A stretch of DNA of 64,000 nucleotides, taken from assembly GCA_965228855.1 (NCBI GenBank), contig CBDDIJ010000002.1, forward strand, positions 1,376,001 through 1,440,000, written 5' to 3'. The notes under the pieces are model-generated. The model saw only the letters and a program-made list of their open reading frames with translations, did not search any database and was not told where the DNA came from. Position numbers and translations under genes: made by a program. The DNA comes from Candidatus Obscuribacterales bacterium (GTDB lineage: Bacteria > Cyanobacteriota > Vampirovibrionia > Obscuribacterales > Obscuribacteraceae). Shown one piece after another: positions 58,912-64,000 of the stretch; within the stretch, counting starts at the first letter, position 1, and each line of letters opens with the position of its first letter.

Positions 58912-58962
58912 GACGACAGTCGTGACTGTTCTAAGCGCGGATGCTGAAACCTTCCGTCGTGC

Positions 58963-61900
58963 TTAGTGGGGACGTTCGCTAGATAGTGCCGAGATTGGAA
59001 CCGTGAGATGCACATCTCGGGCACCGTTGGCGGTGCTGACCAGTTTCGGAATGAATACATCAGCTGAGGGATCGAGCTTGTGGCCGCTCACGCTTATGTA
59101 ACCGCGCGCGGCCATTCCGGCATCAAGGCTTTTTACGGGAAATTTCACGTCCGCCAGCTGATCCGGCATGCCAATCATTCTGACTACTGCTTTGGTTGAA
59201 GACGGAATTTCCAGGGCTTGACCCGTTCCATTCCTCAGAATTACGTTAATGCGCACCCCGTTGGGTTTTACATTTACTCCAGCCAATTCGAGATTGACGA
59301 TTGGCGAGGCCTCTGACGAGAACTGCGGGAGCGATGACACATTCGGAATCGAGCTCAAAGCCGATGATGCCATATTCGGTGCAGCCGTAGTCGAGTTAAA
59401 TGCGCTTGGTCCGCCGTTGGGTACGAAGCCTGCTGGGGGAGAACTAATTTCGTTCCCCTCAGGCGCACTCTGGGATCCCGCGTCTGAAGAAGCCGAACTC
59501 TTAGATTCCTTCGAGTGTTTTACCTTTTCGGCTTTTGGAGCTTTGGCGACTTCAGTCTTCGATGACTTCATCTTTTTGGCCGTTTGAAGTGAAGAGTTGA
59601 ACATTGACTCGCGAAGCATCTGAAGCTCTTTCCGCGTATCTTCGAGCTGAGATGACAAATCCTTATTTTGAGCTTCGAGTGAACTCAACTTGTCCAGATT
59701 GTCCGGATTAGCAGTTTCACTTGCCATTTGATTCGGCAATGCCGACTCGCTCGTTGTTGACGCGGAGGCTGCTGCACCTGCGGCAGCTGAGCCTAGCGCG
59801 CTGAGTCCAGTCGCTCCAAGAGCGGATGTGGCTGACGAAGTACCTGCTGACGCTTCAGCAGCAGTGCTCGAAAGGTCAGCTCCTGCGACTGACGACGTAG
59901 CCTCGCTTACGGCGGGGACGCTCAAAGCTGGCGGTGTGTTGGTGGTTGATACACTGGATGGCTTCGATGCTATAGCTGTTGCGTTGGACGCTTTTGTAGT
60001 TGCCGGTTTCGCTGCTGCCGGTTTCGCGACCGTCTTATTTACGCCTTTAGCCGTGGCTAGCTTGGTCGCTTTAGGATCAGCTTTTGCCATGTCGACTTTC
60101 TTGACCAGCTGTGGAGTCGCTTTCGTCGTCACAACGTCTTTTGCTGTTCCGGTAGGGCTGGTTCCGAACTTTGCCTGTTGTTTCGCTACGTGCTCCTTGA
60201 GCATCTTGGAGTATTTGTCGATGTCTTCTTGCTTCAAATTCGCCAGCTGTTTATTAATCAAGCCTGGCGCCTGGCTCATGAGTTGCGGTGCCTGTTGCAC
60301 AGCCTGGCTCGCCATGCTCTGCATGGTCGCCGGGTCCATTCCTAGAGAACGCGCAATGCCTGAAAGCGCCTGAGGTGACAGCTGTTGTGCTTGAGCCGCC
60401 AGAGCATTCATATCGATACCGCCGGCTTGAGGTGTTGCCGAAAATCCAGCCGGATTCGAGTATGCTGCTTGCGGTGCGGAAAGTGGTTGCGATGCAGCAG
60501 CAGGGCCGAAACGAGACGGCGCTATCGGCGGAATCACTTCCGGAGTATCTGCAACTTTTAAGACCGACTCGCTGCTTCTGGTTGGTGCGCTGAGAAGGGA
60601 GTTATTCACTGCCTTTTGCGAATTAAATTGATCGAGCGAAGGTGGAATGCTTCCGGATGACAGCGGGGGAGCCGACCGCAATGCTTCCGATAGGCCGCCT
60701 GGCGCCGAGCTCAGCGAGCTGCTTGTTGTGGGTGCACCACCCGTGGTGCCGCCGGATAGCAGTCTTGATATGTCGGATGCCGAAGTAGCACCTTTAGAGG
60801 ATAGCGCCGACGCTGCACCAGCTGCAGGGCTTGTCGCGCCCGAGCTTGAAGCTCCCGCACTGGAGAGGAGTTTTTGAACATCCGCTGACCCAATCATCTT
60901 ATCAGGCAGACCGGGCAAGGTGGCGTCCGGCGGAAGTTCTCCGAGTGCTGCAACTTTGCTTTCTGACTTGGTTTTGCCATGCAATGCATCGAGAACGGAA
61001 TCTTCCTGTTTCTGCAATTCCTTCTTTTGCAGGAGCATGTGGTTGCGAAGTTGTCCCAGGAATCCACTCATGTTTTGAACTGGATCGGCTGTCGGAATCT
61101 GAGTCGTTCCAGGCGCTGCCGGTAATGTCGCCAGTGCTGGTCCTTCAACACCTCGCAAGCGTGGAGTGCCAAGTGCGGAGTAGAGCGCGCCGGCAGATGC
61201 TCCTTGTGCCAGCGCTCCGGCAGCGGCATCCAATGCTCCCGCCTGTGTTTGCAAACCGTCGCCAGTCGCCGCCCCGAGCGGTCCGCGCAACGATTGTGCT
61301 GCTTCGCCGGCAGACAGATGCTCCGTCAATGCCTTGACTTTCTGTGCTGCAATCAGATTTTTTGGATCCTGACGCAGGACTTCCATATAAAGGTGTTTGG
61401 CCTCCGGAGCATTGCCGAGACGCTCGGCTAGCTCAGCCTGGTACAGCCTGAATTTTACGTCGCCAGGGCTCAGTGAAACACTCTCGGCTGCTTTATTGAA
61501 TGCCTCTGGAACCGCGCCGCTCGCATCCAGGGTTTTAGCCGCCTCGTACGTTTTTTGTGCTTCCTGTCGAGCTAGTGCGAGTTTGAAACTCTGGCGAGCG
61601 GCAGGAAGGTTTGGATGATTCGGTTCGATGCTCACGACTGTTCGGTAGGCGTTTTGCGCTGACTTCAGATCGCCGGAAAGTTGATACGCTCTTGCCAAAC
61701 CGAGGTGCGAATTGGCATCTTTCGGTCGCAGTGAAACCTGGCGCTGCCAGAGTTCTACAAGCGTCTGACCTGCCAGTTTATCGCTCTGGTTTAACACCAA
61801 TGCTCTACTTAGATCCGTATTCGCGCCGACCACATCCTTGAGTTTGTATCGAACGATCCCAAGCTGACGCAGAGCTACTGCGGATTCTGGATCTTTATCG

Positions 61901-62958
61901 AGAGCCAATTGATAGTTTGTTTTGGCGTCCTTTAGTTTGTTCTCGCGCAGCGATATGTTTCCTAAACCGATATAGGCGCCAGTGGAATGGTCTGCTTTCA
62001 ATGCTGCATCGTACTCTACACGGGCCTCTTTGAGTTTCCCTTGTGAAAACAAAACATCGCCGAGTTTGACGCGCGACATGGAATGGTTGGGTTCGATACC
62101 GTGATGTCGCAGAACTTGTTCGAGTACATGTTTTGCCTCTGTGTTGCTGCTATTGTGCGCAAGGGCAATGCGAGCCTGTTTCGCGCCTTCGACATAATCA
62201 TCGTGGCGGACGTAATACTTTGCTCTGTCGAGACTGACTTGAGAAAGCTTGGAGTCGATCGCCGCATTCTTAGGATAGACTTTGTCGTACTTTTCTAGAA
62301 GTTCTTGCGCTTGCTGCAGCTTACCTTCTTTGACGAGCTGGTCGGCATGGGCGACAACGTTGGCCACTGTCGAATGTTCAGCGCCGAGCTTGTACGCCTT
62401 TGTATTGCCGGAATGTTTGTCCGTGCCTGTGGGGCGCGTTGGATCGCCGTTTGTGGTTTGATATCCACTAGATGAAACTGTTGTGGCTGCTGCGCTCGCT
62501 GTGGAACCCGTGCGTGAAACTATGGGTGGTGCCGACGGCGGTGGAGGTATATCTCCGGCCATGCTAGAGGGCAAAAGGCTTGGTGACACCGGAGGCGGTG
62601 GCGGAACCAGTCCCGAGCTGTTTGAAATCGAGGAGTGGGGCACGGCTGTGGATGTCGTGCTGGGATAGCTCGCCGAATACGAGGACGATGCTTCGCCATA
62701 ATTTGACTCATACCCGGCCGGTATGCCGGCTTCTCTTCCGCCGGAAGTGCCATAGTCGTATCGTCGCGGAATCGTTGTCGCTGGGACAACTACCTTCTTT
62801 GCGTGCCGGAAGTCCGCGGCATCGCATTTTTGAGTGCTGGCGTTGATGACCGGTGAGACCAGAGCCACTGTTAACGCCAGTGCTATTTTTGTTTTTGCGC
62901 CATTGCCGAGGCAGTCTCTTTGAGATGCGTCGATTGAATTTGTTTTTTCTTTTGCCAT
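58963..62958 (-). CDS. Large exported TPR protein with low-complexity regions, coiled coil and C-terminal beta domain
   Basis: Signal-like segment; about 8-9 TPR units (e.g. AYIGLGNI, SHLGLARAYQ); Ala/Ser/Pro/Thr-rich stretches. Confidence 0.75.
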   Translation of the reverse strand: MAKEKTNSIDASQRDCLGNGAKTKIALALTVALVSPVINASTQKCDAADFRHAKKVVVPATTIPRRYDYGTSGGREAGIPAGYESNYGEASSSYSASYPSTTSTAVPHSSISNSSGLVPPPPPVSPSLLPSSMAGDIPPPPSAPPIVSRTGSTASAAATTVSSSGYQTTNGDPTRPTGTDKHSGNTKAYKLGAEHSTVANVVAHADQLVKEGKLQQAQELLEKYDKVYPKNAAIDSKLSQVSLDRAKYYVRHDDYVEGAKQARIALAHNSSNTEAKHVLEQVLRHHGIEPNHSMSRVKLGDVLFSQGKLKEARVEYDAALKADHSTGAYIGLGNISLRENKLKDAKTNYQLALDKDPESAVALRQLGIVRYKLKDVVGANTDLSRALVLNQSDKLAGQTLVELWQRQVSLRPKDANSHLGLARAYQLSGDLKSAQNAYRTVVSIEPNHPNLPAARQSFKLALARQEAQKTYEAAKTLDASGAVPEAFNKAAESVSLSPGDVKFRLYQAELAERLGNAPEAKHLYMEVLRQDPKNLIAAQKVKALTEHLSAGEAAQSLRGPLGAATGDGLQTQAGALDAAAGALAQGASAGALYSALGTPRLRGVEGPALATLPAAPGTTQIPTADPVQNMSGFLGQLRNHMLLQKKELQKQEDSVLDALHGKTKSESKVAALGELPPDATLPGLPDKMIGSADVQKLLSSAGASSSGATSPAAGAASALSSKGATSASDISRLLSGGTTGGAPTTSSSLSSAPGGLSEALRSAPPLSSGSIPPSLDQFNSQKAVNNSLLSAPTRSSESVLKVADTPEVIPPIAPSRFGPAAASQPLSAPQAAYSNPAGFSATPQAGGIDMNALAAQAQQLSPQALSGIARSLGMDPATMQSMASQAVQQAPQLMSQAPGLINKQLANLKQEDIDKYSKMLKEHVAKQQAKFGTSPTGTAKDVVTTKATPQLVKKVDMAKADPKATKLATAKGVNKTVAKPAAAKPATTKASNATAIASKPSSVSTTNTPPALSVPAVSEATSSVAGADLSSTAAEASAGTSSATSALGATGLSALGSAAAGAAASASTTSESALPNQMASETANPDNLDKLSSLEAQNKDLSSQLEDTRKELQMLRESMFNSSLQTAKKMKSSKTEVAKAPKAEKVKHSKESKSSASSDAGSQSAPEGNEISSPPAGFVPNGGPSAFNSTTAAPNMASSALSSIPNVSSLPQFSSEASPIVNLELAGVNVKPNGVRINVILRNGTGQALEIPSSTKAVVRMIGMPDQLADVKFPVKSLDAGMAARGYISVSGHKLDPSADVFIPKLVSTANGARDVHLTVPISALSSERPH

Positions 62959-63109
62959 CGCCACGACGAAGTCCGAGCCTTTGGGCCGTAAGTCCCGTTC
63001 TGTCTGAGCGCCTCTAGCGCCGAGTCTATTGTATTAAACTTCCATCTCCTTACAAGGGGGAAAGTACGGTTAAGACGCCGAATGACCGATAGGCTGGCTT
63101 TTCGAAATC

Positions 63110-63315
63110 TTGATAATTCCGACATTTTTATCAAAAGCGGCAGCCGATCACAAGTTTTTAGGAACCGACGGATTCAAAATTCGTCTAAAGCCTCCGTGGG
63201 GGGAGAGTCGGAATGTTACGGCGAGTATCTCGCCCGGTTCGCAAAATGTCGGTTCAATTCGCTCTATGCAAGCGCACATCGGTTTGATCGGCGCTTCAAA
63301 GGGGAAGCGTTTTTG
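63110..63315 (+). promoter_or_regulatory. Structured leader with terminator/antiterminator-like elements upstream of adhE
   Basis: GCCGATCA/TGATCGGC, GAACCGACG/TGTCGGTTC, CGCTTC/GAAGCG followed by TTTTT. Confidence 0.45.
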
Positions 63316-63394
63316 TAAAAGGTTTAGGAAATGCAGGCCCTTTGAGGGCAATTTGACATACTATTGGATCTGATTTGGAAGAGGTTTGTGACTT

Positions 63395-64000
63395 ATGTCA
63401 AGCACGGTCAAGGATAAGGACACAGCTCTGGACGAACGCGTCGAGCATCTCGTCCGGCAAGCGCGGCTTGCAGCGGCTGTTTTCACTCAGTATAGCCAGA
63501 AGCAAGTCGACGCAATCGTTAAGGCGATGACGATTGCTGCGATTGAAAACGCGGCTGTGCTTGCGCAAGCGGCGCACCTCGAGACGCGGATGGGTTGCAC
63601 TGAAGACAAGATTCTGAAGAATTACGTCGCTTCCGAATTTCTCTACGCCCAGATCAAAGACAAGAAGACCGTCGGTGTTATCCGCGAGTTTCCGGAAGAT
63701 AACATGGTCGAGATATCCGAGCCCATGGGCGTGATTCTCGCCCTCGCTCCGGTGACGAACCCGACTTCAACCGTGATTTTTAAAAGTATTGCGTGCGCTA
63801 AGACTCGCAATTGCGCCATCTTCAGTCCTCACTTGATGGCTGCCAACGCCTCCAATCAAACCGCCAAAATTTTGTACGATGCGGCATTAGCAGCAGGAGC
63901 ACCTAAGGGCTTCTTGGGATGGACGGAAAAGTCTCCGCGCTTGAGAAAAGAGACCGAACGCATGATGGTTCACCCTGAAGTGGACTTGATCTGGGCAACC
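63395..64000 (+). CDS. adhE: CoA-acylating aldehyde dehydrogenase, probably the N-terminus of bifunctional AdhE; 3'-truncated and absent from the ORF track
   Basis: Manual translation from ATG 63395: YSQKQVDAIV, ETRMG..EDK..KN, KTVGVI, EPMGVI..APVTNPTST.IFK, KTRN..IFSPH, AAGAP, VDLIWAT; GAGG SD. Confidence 0.82.
   Translation, partial: MSSTVKDKDTALDERVEHLVRQARLAAAVFTQYSQKQVDAIVKAMTIAAIENAAVLAQAAHLETRMGCTEDKILKNYVASEFLYAQIKDKKTVGVIREFPEDNMVEISEPMGVILALAPVTNPTSTVIFKSIACAKTRNCAIFSPHLMAANASNQTAKILYDAALAAGAPKGFLGWTEKSPRLRKETERMMVHPEVDLIWAT

Noticed and set aside
63387..63402. CRP/Rex-like site TGTGACTTATGTCAAG over the adhE start
   Set aside because: The second half-site deviates from both consensuses; too weak
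1..64000. CRISPR arrays, tRNA/rRNA, IS elements, integrases, prophage
   Set aside because: No spaced repeats, cloverleafs or mobile-element motifs seen in intergenic regions or ORFs

Overview
Gene-dense bacterial chromosome segment, roughly 50% GC by eye. I found no rRNA, tRNA, CRISPR array, transposase or phage gene. The gene set suggests a non-photosynthetic Cyanobacteriota member (Vampirovibrionia/Melainabacteria, Obscuribacterales-like): cyanobacterial-style Ffh tail and DnaK, no photosynthesis genes, many GT-C membrane proteins, DUF4388, a TPR-retropepsin and fermentative AdhE. That taxonomy is inference only. Contents in order: sulfur-related genes (TSUP, DUF2490, cysQ), four polytopic GT-C-like proteins, split gcvT/gcvH, hydrolases, HD-ffh-rpsP-khpA, a glycogen-to-trehalose operon (treZ, malQ-treY fusion, glgX), an orphan dnaK, nagB, a NarL/HisKA_3 pair divergent from an MNIO (DUF692) RiPP cluster, a large TPR protein and a truncated adhE. 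Five observations stand out. (1) A bufferin-like MNIO RiPP cluster whose Cys-repeat precursor is a lipoprotein and which has a divergent two-component system but no adjacent DoxX or ECF genes. (2) A 142-nt rpsP/khpA dual-coding overlap whose repeat is conserved only in the -1 (KhpA) frame, next to an A_AAG site. (3) An apparently catalytically dead MalQ fused to an intact TreY. (4) Structured switch-like leaders before adhE, gcvT and gcvH that I could not match to a known riboswitch. (5) A run of degenerate enzymes. All family calls come from motif recognition and all RNA structures from manual pairing; none was computed.
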